This document shows positions 1 through 11,581 of a stretch of 64,000 nucleotides of DNA, piece by piece. Under the pieces are notes generated by a model. The model ran no database searches and was not told where the DNA came from. It saw nothing but the letters and a program-made list of their open reading frames with translations. Numbering within the stretch: position 1 is the first letter of the stretch; each line of letters begins with the position of its first letter. The stretch spans positions 124,001-188,000 of the forward strand of contig NW_027271066.1 in NCBI RefSeq assembly GCF_040938485.1. Reading direction: 5' to 3'. The DNA is from Diadema antillarum (lineage: Eukaryota). Made by a program: the position numbers and the translations under genes.

Positions 1-189
1 TTAGCCTGTGAGGGGATGAGATCATAAACTCGCTCAGTTGCCAGTTCATATTGCCTGTTCCAGAAATGGCTAGTGAAAATTAACTTCCTTATTTTCATGA
101 GATTTTGGTCTAATTTTCACTTTTGTGCTCATAAGATTTGACTCTTTCTTGTAAGATTAACTTTTAACAGGTCCGGTGTTCCCTTTTAA
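1..189. mobile_element. Partial TTAA-flanked MITE (right end only)
   Basis: Ends in GTGTTCCCTTTTAA, near reverse complement of the TTAAAGGGAACAC end of the element at 30856; the other end lies outside the window. Confidence 0.35.
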
Positions 190-379
190 CACCAAGGGAC
201 CTTTCTCCTCAAATCTTAATGCCACTTAACACAAGGGGTCTGAAAAAAAAAACTCTTACGGAGAAGACCAATCTTGATAATTCAAACCAAGTGATCTCAC
301 AAAATTAATTCTATCATGCTGTTTACTTGAAATAGCATTTGTGCAAGCTTCTGCGATGGGAGGCTTTGATTCTTGTAGA

Positions 380-382
<3 letters not shown>

Positions 383-418
<36 letters not shown>
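383..418. repeat. (AAC)n microsatellite
   Basis: Direct run of ACA/CAA triplets; produces the spurious poly-Cys ORF 256..447. Confidence 0.9.
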
Positions 419-420
<2 letters not shown>

Positions 421-1996
421 ATCTTTATTGCCAGTTAAATTGTTCAATAGTTACATGTGTTGTCTTCTCACATAAACGATAGCGACTACAAACACGTGAT
501 GTGGATAGTAGCAGTGTTCATGATGATAATGATATAAATGAAGATGCTGATAGTAATGGTTGGATATCGTAACTCTTGCAATTATATACATCATGGATCA
601 ACTACTCCTATAAGTACTGATTTACAGTAGCAATAATGGCAGTGCGGTAGGTATCAGCATTTTCACAAACTGAAATGTTGATCTTTTTTTTTTTGCTTTT
701 TAACATCACACAAGCACAGATGCATCCTTTTCATTATTCATCATTTGACTACTATGTTGTCATGACAACATCTCTGGGATTTTGCTTACCACCAAGTCAC
801 CAAGGTGAGAGAAGACTGAATGATATTGTTTCAGAGAGGGGTTACATTTACAAAATACAGTAGCACATGCAATTTCTATTGATTTGTATACCAAGCATAC
901 GTACCGAAACGCTTCCATCATTGTGTTACTATGACAACTATTCTATCATACATGACCTTTACCTTGTAAAAGTCAGAGTTGGAAATTTACGTGCTTAGTG
1001 ATTTGTAAGCCCTATTATGTTTTTAAATACAGAAATGCTCTTATTCTTCCAACACCAATTCTGCAAAGTCATTGCCAGAGCAACGCCCCATGTTTCAGAG
1101 GAAATGTGACTTTGGATCACCAAGATTTTGATGGCTAACGAAGTTTTAACTTGAAATAGACATTCTCAGACACTTCTATTATGGTTTTGCATTATTCCAT
1201 TATGAATTATGTCAGTGTCTGGAATTTCAAGTGTTACTGTGGCAGTGGACATCATTCTCGTGATTTTGAACGGCTATGATTTCGATTGTATTTGAGCGGG
1301 TAACTTAAATTCAAATTCAAATTTTCATTTCTATTGAATAAACAGAGAAAATTATATGCAAAGTATAAGCAGAACATATTTGTAAAATTACAAAAGCGTA
1401 AATGAACAAAATACATGTGATAAGGAGTAATATAATGAAGAAACATAATTGTGCCTATTTTTCAGTATATTCATAGTACAAATCAAATAAGGATGGGAAT
1501 GGAAATGCAGAATCCCACTAAAAAGCAAGGCTGGTACGATAAGGGACCCTCAAAAAATACATAAGAAAACGAATAAATGAATTAATGAAACTGGAAACAG
1601 ATAAAAAAACAAAATCAAAGGAACCAACTGTCAACTGACATGAAATCAAATTGAGAAGGGAAAAATGAAACTATACAACACGTGCCATTGTGGACACAAG
1701 TAAACTGGATTCCATGATGTATAAGAGTAATGATAAAAATACAACCTGGATTGAATATATTGCAAAGAAGAGTGTACATTACACCTGCAAGAATGCAGTA
1801 GAGCGGATATAAAAGAAGGAGAGAATAGACACGTATTATACAGTGCAATAACAAGAACATCTGAGGACTTGTGTTTGACAGATTATTTTTCTCTAATAAA
1901 AAAAGATGATTTATATGTAATTGTTCAATGTTTTAAAGAAATAATGACTTGATTGAAATGATGAAGCGAACCTAATTCGTCCAAAGTCTGAATGTA

Positions 1997-2370
1997 GTCA
2001 CTTTTGTCACACTTTTGGTACTGTTCAATGAGAAATGTGTATTATTTTTCCCCATGGCAATGGGAGAAGACAACAGAGAATTACTTAAGTTGCAATTGAA
2101 TTATCATGAATGAATGATTTTAAATCTATTAAGTCACTTTCATCACGTTAGTATCATTTACTTGTAAATACATATGTATTTTTTAAAAAATGATTCGTTA
2201 CCATGGCAATAGGACAGATGAGAATAACTAGGACATTTATTCCAATTGAATGATTAATTCCAAATTTATGAATTTAGTCACTTTTGTACATTTTAGTTTG
2301 TTTTAATTTGAAATATATGTTGTTTCTTAAAAACAAGATAATTCATTACCATGGCAACGGGATAAGAAGC
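1997..2370. repeat. Degenerate tandem repeat, about 140 bp x3, each unit with GTCACTTTT and CCATGGCAA motifs
   Basis: GTCACTTTT recurs near 1997, 2133 and 2277, each followed by (TTA/CC)CCATGGCAA; probably subterminal repeats of an old DNA transposon. Confidence 0.55.
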
Positions 2371-3765
2371 CCAATGGCAGACCTTCTGAATGAAAGGGCT
2401 GATATCCAAATCTACTTAAGATATAATCAGTCTGTATGTTTGCCGAATATGGTGCTATTTGATAGATTTCTCACTTTTCCGCTAGACTAATAGCTCAGTA
2501 TTATACTGCATATCTTCCTTGTATAATCATGTATATACTACTTTTCGCAGTTATGAAAATGGGTTTCCTACATCTTTTTCAGAAAACCGAATTATCACAG
2601 TGTCAGATACTGCGTTTTTTCGGAGGGGGGGGGGGGTTTGTGACTGTGAATATCATTTTTCCAATTAATTTCATTAGTGAATATGCTATAATGGAAACCC
2701 GCAGAATGTTCTTTCTTTGAAATGACGATGAGCAGTAAAATGTAAGGTATACTATACCCCCTACAAAATTCATGAGTTGCGGTCAATCAAATTATGGTTC
2801 ATTTGCTAATGCAGCAGGCGTTTTGCCATCATGCTTGGCTTAGCAAATAAGAAAAAGTATGAATTAAAGATCACTTGAGTTGGGAGGTATTGTTGATATT
2901 TTGCGTCCTGATCATGTAACGCCGATAAAGCGATTCGCATGGTTGAATTGTGGAGGTCAGGTGAGAGACACTCTGGTCGTGCCAAAGACTGCTCACAAGG
3001 CAGGGAGTGCCATTCACGTGCACAAGAACACGAACACACGCACGCACATACGCAAACACACCAGGGATCCAGAGCGAGCACACTGGTAATTAGGCCTACA
3101 TATTATTTCATAACGCAGAAGTGTCCGCACAAATCAAGATGGCAGCAGTGACGAGTCTGCTGAAGTCCACTGAATACACCTACATTTGGCTGCTGCAGAG
3201 TCACGATTAACTGTGATTTTTTTTTTACCTGTTCCATAAGGGAACCTGGTGGCCCGTGTATTAAGTCTACAGGAATTTCAGAATTCAGTACGGATCGGGT
3301 TAACAATCAACCATCAATCAACGATACGACTGTTGAAAGAGTATCGGTATCGGTATCGATACCTCTTAAGCGATCTAGTGCATGTGATTGTCATGTGACA
3401 CTCGCGCACTTGTTTGCACTTGCAATGTGGCTCATCGACGAAACTGGTTTGTCCTTTCTTCTTTATTTACCCAAAGAAGACTTGGGGAAAAGTATACACT
3501 TTGTGAAACAGACGAAAGACCATTTTCGAGCGGAAATGTCGGTTCCATTAATGTGACGAATTTCTTCTACTTCGCGCTAAGTAAATGACCTTGTTTCACG
3601 GTGAATCTTTATTTCAGCAAGTGAGCTTCTTTGTCGTGACGAAGTTGCAAAGAAAACATCTTTTTAAGCTTGCATGCGGATCACACTTTCGTTCAAATAC
3701 TTATAATTGATATATTCTTAGCCAATAAACGTTTTTACAGACACAGATGTAAAAACAGCTAAACA

Positions 3766-4827
3766 ATGCAGAATTTCACTCCACCCGTCGATGAATCTAA
3801 TGAGAGTGAATTTGAGGTCGGTTTCGTCCACCGTGCCATTGGAGCAAGCATCCTCGTAGTCGTTGCCGTCATCGGCATCACCGGCAACAGCCTGGTGATC
3901 GTCGCGACGGCTGTCTCGCGAAAACTGCAGACGATAACGAACGTGTTTGTATTGAGTCTCAGCGTTACGGATCTCCTGACGTGCGCCCTGCTGCCCTTCC
4001 AGTCTTTAGGACTCGTCCACCCAGCAGGTTGGCCCTTGGACCACACCTTCTGTCAGGTGGTAGGAGCCTCTGTCTATATATCCACAATAACCAGCGTGCT
4101 CACTCTCGCTCTCATCGCCTTCAACCGCTATTATCTAATCACGAGAAGACCAGCTGACTACCAGTGGCTCTATAAACCCCTTCGATTGTGCCTCATGTTG
4201 GCCGTTGCCTGGTTCCAGTCAATACTCTGCTTGCTTGTACCAGAAGTTGTCAATATCGAGACGCTGGGCTACTTCAGCGAGCAGCGGTGGTGCAGCTGGT
4301 TGAGTAAGGAGGATCCGGTCGGCATATACGAATCAATCGCCTTTGTGAACATCTTCTTCTCGTTCCTTCTCATAATTTTCTGTTACGTCAAGATTTTGAT
4401 GCGGGTGCGTCAGCAGCGGCAAGTGTTGGCGCAAAGCGATGTCGCACCCGCTTCCGTCGTCACCGCCAACCGTCCGGAGCCCTCCGAGATGCCTGGTCAA
4501 GATCAAACTTCTGACGGTCCTCGCGGACTCGATGCCCCATCGAAGAAAGAGGTTCGGAAGAGAGACCGCCAGATCAACATGAACCTATTTTTCGTCGTGT
4601 GCGCTTTCTTCCTCTGCGTGATACCCCACAGTCTCTGCGTACTCATCCCGGGACACGAGATCCCCTCCATCTACACCTTCATCCTCATGTCCGTCAACTG
4701 CTGCATCAACCCTCTCATCTACGCCCAGAAGCATCCACATTTCAAGCAGGTGTTTCGTGCCCTTCTGAAATGTAAATACAACGACATTCCGCATCCATCC
4801 TCCTGGATAAGAGTCTCCCTGGAATGA
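3766..4827 (+). CDS. Intronless class A (rhodopsin-like) GPCR, 353 aa, NRY-type (moody/Tre1/GPR84/melatonin-receptor-like orphan group)
   Basis: Seven hydrophobic segments; TM1 GN (GITGNSLVI), TM2 LSVTDLL, Cys at TM3 start (FCQ) and in ECL2 (RWCS), TM3 AFNRY in place of DRY, TM6 CVIP, TM7 NPLIY, N-terminal sequons NFT and NES. Candidate 5'UTR acceptor TTTTTACAG just upstream of the ATG. Confidence 0.92.
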   Translation: MQNFTPPVDESNESEFEVGFVHRAIGASILVVVAVIGITGNSLVIVATAVSRKLQTITNVFVLSLSVTDLLTCALLPFQSLGLVHPAGWPLDHTFCQVVGASVYISTITSVLTLALIAFNRYYLITRRPADYQWLYKPLRLCLMLAVAWFQSILCLLVPEVVNIETLGYFSEQRWCSWLSKEDPVGIYESIAFVNIFFSFLLIIFCYVKILMRVRQQRQVLAQSDVAPASVVTANRPEPSEMPGQDQTSDGPRGLDAPSKKEVRKRDRQINMNLFFVVCAFFLCVIPHSLCVLIPGHEIPSIYTFILMSVNCCINPLIYAQKHPHFKQVFRALLKCKYNDIPHPSSWIRVSLE

Positions 4828-4895
4828 CTTTGTCAAAAATGCCTGCCCGGCGATACAAGCCTACAATAATTAGTGCTATCTATTACATTCTGATC

Positions 4896-4945
4896 TTGGA
4901 GCAATCCCAGCAAATATTGGTTGGAGCAATCCCAGCAAATATTGG
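4896..4945 (+). repeat. Perfect 25-bp tandem duplication downstream of the GPCR stop
   Basis: TTGGAGCAATCCCAGCAAATATTGG occurs twice, back to back. Confidence 0.9.
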
Positions 4946-5329
4946 TGCATCCCTGCTCGATGTAATGGCACCGGCGGCAGGTGGCTGCAGAATAAACTGT
5001 TCTTTTCTCTCTTCAGGTATGCTAGTTTCTGAGGTTTCAGCTTAGTAAACTATTTGTATCTTTTAATATCAATGACAGTCATCAAGCTAAGAGATTATTC
5101 ATGCCACATTACTGGAGTTTTCCTTTTATCCATCAGTTATCTACACTTCCAGTCCCCCCCCCCCCCCCCCGCCCTGCACAGACAATAAAAACACCAGAAA
5201 CACATTTTGCACAGCTCACCAGACCTTTCTCTGTGGGGAGGTCCAAATTCATTTCCGCATTTCACGAGTTCACTAAGTAACGCATAAATCATTTTATTCT
5301 TTCAAATCATTCAATGTACATTCTTACTA

Positions 5330-5600
5330 CCATTGTGTTATATGATGGGAAATTATTCGGCATAGCTTGACTGTCATAGCTAGTATACACACTGATGGCA
5401 GTTCACTCACATCATCTCGTAATGCCTTATTCAGTTCTTCCAGTTCCCTTGAGTTCTCTGTAGCCGTCAATGTGCGCTATCCATCTGAGTCTCAAGACGT
5501 TTAACTTCACTCAACTGTGATCAACTTTATAATTTCTCCAGTGCCTTATTTTTCATCAAACACTCAATCTCTCCCGTATATTCATATATGTATGTAAGAT
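5330..5600 (-). mobile_element. Possible highly decayed LINE 3' fragment (RTE/L2-like)
   Basis: One minus frame reads NVLRLRWIAHIDG, resembling the RLRWxGHV motif at LINE ORF2 C-termini; interrupted by stops. Confidence 0.25.
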
Positions 5601-5728
5601 AAGAAACAAAACTGGAACAAAATATGAACTTTGTTCCAGTTTTGTTTCTTATCTTATTATTTCGCCAACACGTGGACTGCCTACTATATATATATACATA
5701 TATATACACATATATTTGTGTGTGTGTA

Positions 5729-5763
<35 letters not shown>

Positions 5764-5957
5764 GCATATGTGTATGTATGTAGCTATATAATTTCTATCC
5801 CATGCATGCACCTCGGTCTTTGGTTATTTCTCTATCATACCACGCTTGTGTACAGACGATACAGCTGACCAAGAAGATCAAGTGTCGAAAGCATCAACTA
5901 ATCCAGCTGGCATCCGCCGACATCCCTTGTCTTCATTCGTCACGATTTAAACTACAG

Positions 5958-6007
<50 letters not shown>

Positions 6008-6066
6008 ATAGTGAAAACTTTGAGCAAAGAAAGTTTTCACTATCTATTATTTGTTTCTGGTCAGTT

Positions 6067-6213
6067 NNNNNNNNNNNNNNNNNNNNNNNNNNNNNNNNNN
6101 NNNNNNNNNNNNNNNNNNNNNNNNNNNNNNNNNNNNNNNNNNNNNNNNNNNNNNNNNNNNNNNNNNNNNNNNNNNNNNNNNNNNNNNNNNNNNNNNNNNN
6201 NNNNNNNNNNNNN
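6067..6213. other. Assembly gap (147 N) flanked by (TA)n and (CT)n microsatellites
   Basis: Run of N. Confidence 0.99.
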
Positions 6214-6765
6214 TCTTGCTTTTTGTCTCTCTCTCTCTCTCTCTCTCTGCCGACACATACTTTAAAGCTTGTAAGGGAGTCTAATAGGCTGGTATTTGTT
6301 AGTAGATCTGTTGTTATGTAAGTTCATTTCAGTACATGGACATGATAATAAGTGACAACAATTAGAAGATATAACCGAACGACTGTAACTTCAATTGATT
6401 CTGAATTTTATTTGCAAACGCAAACATAGATAAAACTCAAAATAATAAATAATAAATAAAATATCAAAACAACTGGCGAAACATAAATCAACAAAAATGG
6501 AATTCAAACTGAGAGATAGCCTTACAGTGGTTTTAGGATAATGTATTCACACAATTAATATTTCTTGCATTCATTTCATCAAATTGATATGAATGTTCCT
6601 TCCTAAACTAGATTTTCACGTGTTGGCAAATTGTAGGGTAAATTAAGATTGCATAAATCTTTGTTTAACAGATTATCACCAGACTTTATATAGACAAAAC
6701 TTCTGAATTTGCAAGCGACTTCTTTAGATGTGCCCCCAGCATTTTCAAATTAATCACATGTTACC

Positions 6766-6807
<42 letters not shown>

Positions 6808-8161
6808 AATATTTGCTGGAAATAAATGTCATTGAACCTGCACCTGAACGATCCAGATCACTAATGAAGATTTATACCACTGTGTATCATGGCGTGTATG
6901 TTTTTTTTTACATTGAGGTTTAACGCTGTCAGTACATGGATATTAATTATAAAATTAGAAGCGGGTACTAAGTAGTCTACAAAGTGCAAGCAATGAGAAA
7001 GAAAGTATGTGCCTGACGTTGATTTGTAAACTAAAACAACACAAAACAAACGAACATAAAAAGGAAAATGCGTGAAATAGACGAACAGAAAAGTGCATTT
7101 TTCGTAATAAATAAATACGTTGTCCGAGCAACGATGCACGAAGACGACTACCTTCAGCATGTTCAGCGTCGCCTAGGTGAAGACACCGTGCGTGCCACCT
7201 GTCAGGATGAATTAAAAAAGAAAATACGTGCAAAGAGCAACCGGGTGAATAAGAATATTGATGAAATTGCCTGAACTGAATGAAACAGTAAAGATTCAGT
7301 TACCATGGCATTGTCGTTCAGTACTGACTTCTTTTCGAGCTAATTTTCCCCATAATGGAAACGTGAAATGAATATCAGTGTCGGTTTGATGCAGAAACTA
7401 CTGATTATGTTTGTAACGATAGCCCGGTATATTTTGTCAATGGATGCCACGTTAGGATGAAAAAGCAGAATAAAGTTTCCCAGATTGTCAGCTAATTCTT
7501 GAAAAAAAAGTCATCAGATCGGTCAGCGAGGAGAAACTGGGAAAGTAGTGAAGGCCTGCTATATAAAAATGGCAGAACATCTTTTGATATGATAATCAAT
7601 GAAAAATTTCAAAACATAACTATCAAATTGTGTTGTCACTACGGTCATCTCATGAATTCGATTGAACTATTAAGATTAATGCTGAAAATGATATTAAACA
7701 CTCTTGACATTATGACAATCCAGGAAGTCTCTATCAAAGTGTGCTCTGTTGTAATCTAAGGTCTGCGGTAGTGCATACATCAGCTGAAATGCACAAAGAA
7801 AACAAGTTGGAGATCGATTAAGCAGGTGTTACCCTTTGTATTCTTGCATAAACTGCAGAGAAAACCAAATCTAAAGCAAGGGCGATATCATGTAGAAGCT
7901 AGTATAAGCATCAAATAGAGAGACCATGCCACAATTTTGTTTTCTAATCTTTGCAATGGTTTACTGCTCCATAGTTCTGTAAGAAATATAATATAGAGAT
8001 CATTAATTTCAAAAGCCTTTTGACTGATTTCATTCGTATACTAGTACAGTGTATTGAGGATCAATGATTCCACATTAAGCGTATGTTCCAGTCTCTTACT
8101 ATATAGCAAATGTACTTACCTAGCTTTTGCAGAGACCGCAGTCTAGTGGTGCGAAGGCTTT

Positions 8162-10899
8162 CTATGCAATAGTTCCCACCCTGAGATCATCTGTAAGAAC
8201 ATAATAGAAATACACTGTAGTAGTTTTTGGCAACACATATGTTCGTATTTCGAGAGAGAAAATAAAGGGGGAGCTGTAACGACGGCTTAAAGGGATGGTA
8301 TAGTATTGGTTTAAGTGAGAATTCAGCTTTTAACTTTTTGTAAAATAGTTAGAAATCATTCTATGAAATGTTAACAAACATACAATTCTAAGAGGAATTC
8401 AAAGTTTAGATGATGAAAATTGGCTTTGAAATGGCTGAGATATCCAAAACAAAAGTAAAACAACGCACTCCTAATAAAAGGTGGGTACCAACTTTTATTA
8501 GGATTGCGTTGTTTTGGATATCTCAGCCATTTCAAAACCAATTTTATTAAGCAAACTTTGAATTCCTTTTAGAATTATATGCTCTTTCATATTTCATAAG
8601 AAGTTTCTCATTATCTCAAAAAATCCTAATTAACAACACTGGAAACCTGAAGCCCCATTTCAAACGAAACTGTACCATCGCTTTAAACTTTGCACGACGA
8701 CGATGACATGAAAATAAATCAAAATGAGCATATCACATGATATTGTAATTATCGACGAGCAAATTCCCTTTTCACTGAATAAGAAGGTAACATGCATACG
8801 TTCTATCAAATAATAGCAGGAGTGCTTCGAGTCCCCTGCCTTGAAGCCACTTTGTAATCTTCAAACAATGTGTGGAATACAATGGCACATGCAATAAAGA
8901 TGATACGAGACTAAAGCATGTGTATTAGGATATTAAAAGACAGTGATGCCACATCTATGTGATTTGAAAGTAATTACAACGTGTCTCATGAAAATAGGGT
9001 CTTACTCACCACTGTCAGATGAACCACCGTTTGCATCACAGCCTGAGGAAGCAGCATCGTTCTGGGAACAGGTGCCAGTGCCGGCATCAGCCGAGGGGGC
9101 AAGAGGCACGTTTGGAGCCTGTGCGACTGGAGGTCGTGGTGCAGCAGGTGCTGCTGGGCGTGGCACCGGTGGTGCAGCAGGGCGTGGTGCAGCAGGACGT
9201 GGTGCAGCAGGGCGTGGTGCAGCTGGGCGCGGTGCAGCTGGGCGCGGTGCAGCAGGGGCTGGTGCAGCTGGTCGTGGTGCGGCAGGTACAGCTGGGCGTG
9301 GAGAGGGGGCCCGTGGTTGCACTGGAGAAAATGCGGGAGGAGCAGGTGGCGCAGGAGCTGGTGGGCCAGGGACCGGAATGCCTGCACCAGGAATGCTTGC
9401 AACCGTTGGGGAACCAGGAGCTGTTGCCGACGAATCTGACTCCCCACTAGAGTCAGCATCGGCTGCGTCAGCAGCAGGAGCAGCAGCTGCAGCAGCTCCA
9501 TCAACTCCATTAGCCCCATCTCCCGTATCAGCGGCATCTGTGTCAGCACCGTCGACGGTTTCAATGGTGTCGACCTCCTCTTCGCTGCTATCGCTGTCGG
9601 CATCACTGCCCGCTGTTCCAGCATCTGTAGCAGCGTCCGTCCCGTCAGCGTCAGCGGCGGCAAAGACAGTGCCGTCTCCTGGTGCAAATCCCACACCTGG
9701 CACGGGTGCTGCAGGGGCGTATGCTGGAACACCAGGAGATGCAGGAGCGTATCCTGGAACACCAGGAGATGCTGGGGCGTATGCTGGAACACCAGGAGAT
9801 GCAGGGGCGTATGCTGGAACACCAGGAGATGCAGGGGCGTATGCTGGAACACCAGGGGATGATGGAGCGTATCCTGGGACACCAGGGGGAGCAGGAGCTC
9901 TTGGTGGTTGAACAGGAGCACTTGGACGAGGAGGAGTAGGAGCCCTTTGGGGAGGATAGTAAGGCGCAGTCGGAGCTCTAGGGGGAGGAACAGGAGCCTG
10001 AGGTGCTCGAGGTGGGGCTACAGGGGGTCTTGGCGCTGAAGGAGCTGCAGGAGGTACTGGGACCGGAGCCCTAGGTGGTCCAGGTGCCACAGGAGCCCTC
10101 GGTGGCGCAGGTGCTGCAGGCGGGGCCGGTCCTGCAGGCGGGGCCGGTCCTGCAGGCGAGGCCGGTCCTGCTGGGGGTGCGGGAATAGGCGCGCTAGGGC
10201 CTCCGCCCCGACCACAAGCTCCTGAGTAAGAAACCGTGATCGTCGTTCCACTGGACTCAGAATCAGCCTCTATGTCACACTCATCGTTGTAGGTCTTGCC
10301 ATTGCTTCCACACACAGTACCAGAGCGACCTCTTTCGCACGAGTCCCGTGGCACTGTGGACACAAGAAGTTCAACAATTTGATGTAAAAATGTAGATGTA
10401 AATGTACATGCCTATGCTATCTTGTATGAGTGCTTGTTAATATGTTTCACCACTGCTTTCAGTATATGTAAATCAATTTCATCGATTGAATTCGGCGCAT
10501 GCTTCTGCGTGAGTACGTACCGATCTTCGGTATATCTGCGACTTGCACTTCATGAGCAGTTAAGTTATGACATTCTTTTTTTTTAAAGACCTCTTGAGTG
10601 TTGCAGCTGATGTACTCTACAAAAGATGCATTTGATTAGATTGAGAGTGTTCTATCATAGTTTCAACATTTTCATGCTTGAAAACTAGGATTGTGATTTT
10701 ATTTATCACACTATCTTGTAAGAAGGTGCACCTTTGAAAAATGACATATTCTCTCATAATGGATTATATTAGACTGTTGGAAATTAGCTGATTCAGAAGA
10801 AGTCAGCAGCTTGGTAAATTCACCTCTTGGGGCAGCTAGTGACAGCGTCGCTAAAGACAAGAGACAGCCGAGCACAGCTAGACTTGAAATCACTCGCAT
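8162..10899 (-). CDS. Gene A: secreted Pro/Ala/Arg-rich and acidic Asp/Gly/Ser-rich protein with an N-terminal degenerate (4-Cys) Kazal domain, 482 aa; candidate skeletal/tooth matrix protein
   Basis: Coding exons 10899-10824 (MRVISSLAVLGCLLSLATLSLAAPR+G), 10353-9010 and 8190-8162 (DDLRVGTIA*). All GT-AG, all phase 1, total 1449 nt in frame. Non-coding exon about 11550-11440; 3'UTR intron 8119-7784. Confidence 0.85.
8287..8686. mobile_element. Palindromic MITE with TTAA-AG termini (Kolobok-like), inside the last coding intron of gene A
   Basis: Ends TTAAAGGGATGGTATAGT and ACTGTACCATCGCTTTAA; long internal inverted repeat (TGAAATGGCTGAGATATCCAAAAC...GTTTTGGATATCTCAGCCATTTCA) centred on GGTACC near 8487. 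Confidence 0.8.
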
Positions 10900-11439
10900 G
10901 ATGAATCACGTGACTGCAAAAAAGGAACAGAAAAGATGCAAAACAAGTGAAAATGTTTATAGATGGCGTACATTGTGCGATTCTGCTAATGTAGGTCGCA
11001 TTTCAGCAATAATTGTCCCAACGTTCAAGCAGTGGGCCACTCCTTCCCCTTTAAATTATCCGTTAATCTATTAATATGTGTGTAATTAGACGTCATATGA
11101 AGTATTACAATGATTTGCTAAAGTTTCCTAAGTTTAGCGAGCGACGTGAAGTTTGAGAGGTTTCATTAGTATGTTCTAACTTCACACATATACGTGCAAA
11201 TACTCAGTGAAAGCGTGTGTTATACCCTCCACATGATATGAAGAATAATGCACTACTCTGCATACCTTTCATGGTGTTGTCAAACAGCAAAGTATAGTTG
11301 CATATCTAAAAGTTATGGACAACAATGAAATATACTTTCAAGATCACCCTTACCGCGTTATCACAAAATCCATAATCGGGAAATTTGTCTCATCATTTAA
11401 AAAGTGCAAGGAACTCTTAACAAAACGTTCAATACTCAC

Positions 11440-11581
11440 AATTGAAATGCTTTCTTCTTAGAGAACTTGACTCTTAGCTGAAAAAGGATGTCTCTTCTCT
11501 CTGGGTGCTCTGGCGTGGTTGCGGAGCAGACTTAAGCAGCCCGAAGTGATGCTGCTTTGAAGAGAAACTCCTCTATATATA
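11440..11581 (-). promoter_or_regulatory. TATA box and non-coding first exon of gene A
   Basis: TATATATA at 11581-11574; donor GTGAGT at 11439; acceptor TTTTTGCAG 14 nt upstream of the ATG. Confidence 0.6.

Noticed and set aside
6002-6321. ORFs containing X runs (also 43293-43695)
   Set aside because: Artefacts of translating across assembly gaps.
9700-9900. Regular 30-bp direct repeats, superficially CRISPR-like
   Set aside because: No unique spacers, in-frame coding repeat, eukaryotic context, no cas genes.
8943-9939. Long + strand and alternative-frame ORFs over gene A (for example 8943..9911, 322 aa, GRGAA repeats)
   Set aside because: Antisense or shifted shadows of GC-rich repetitive codons; no signal peptide or splice context. 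The same applies to 18259-19069, 19378-19833, 25218-27239 and 37241-38752.
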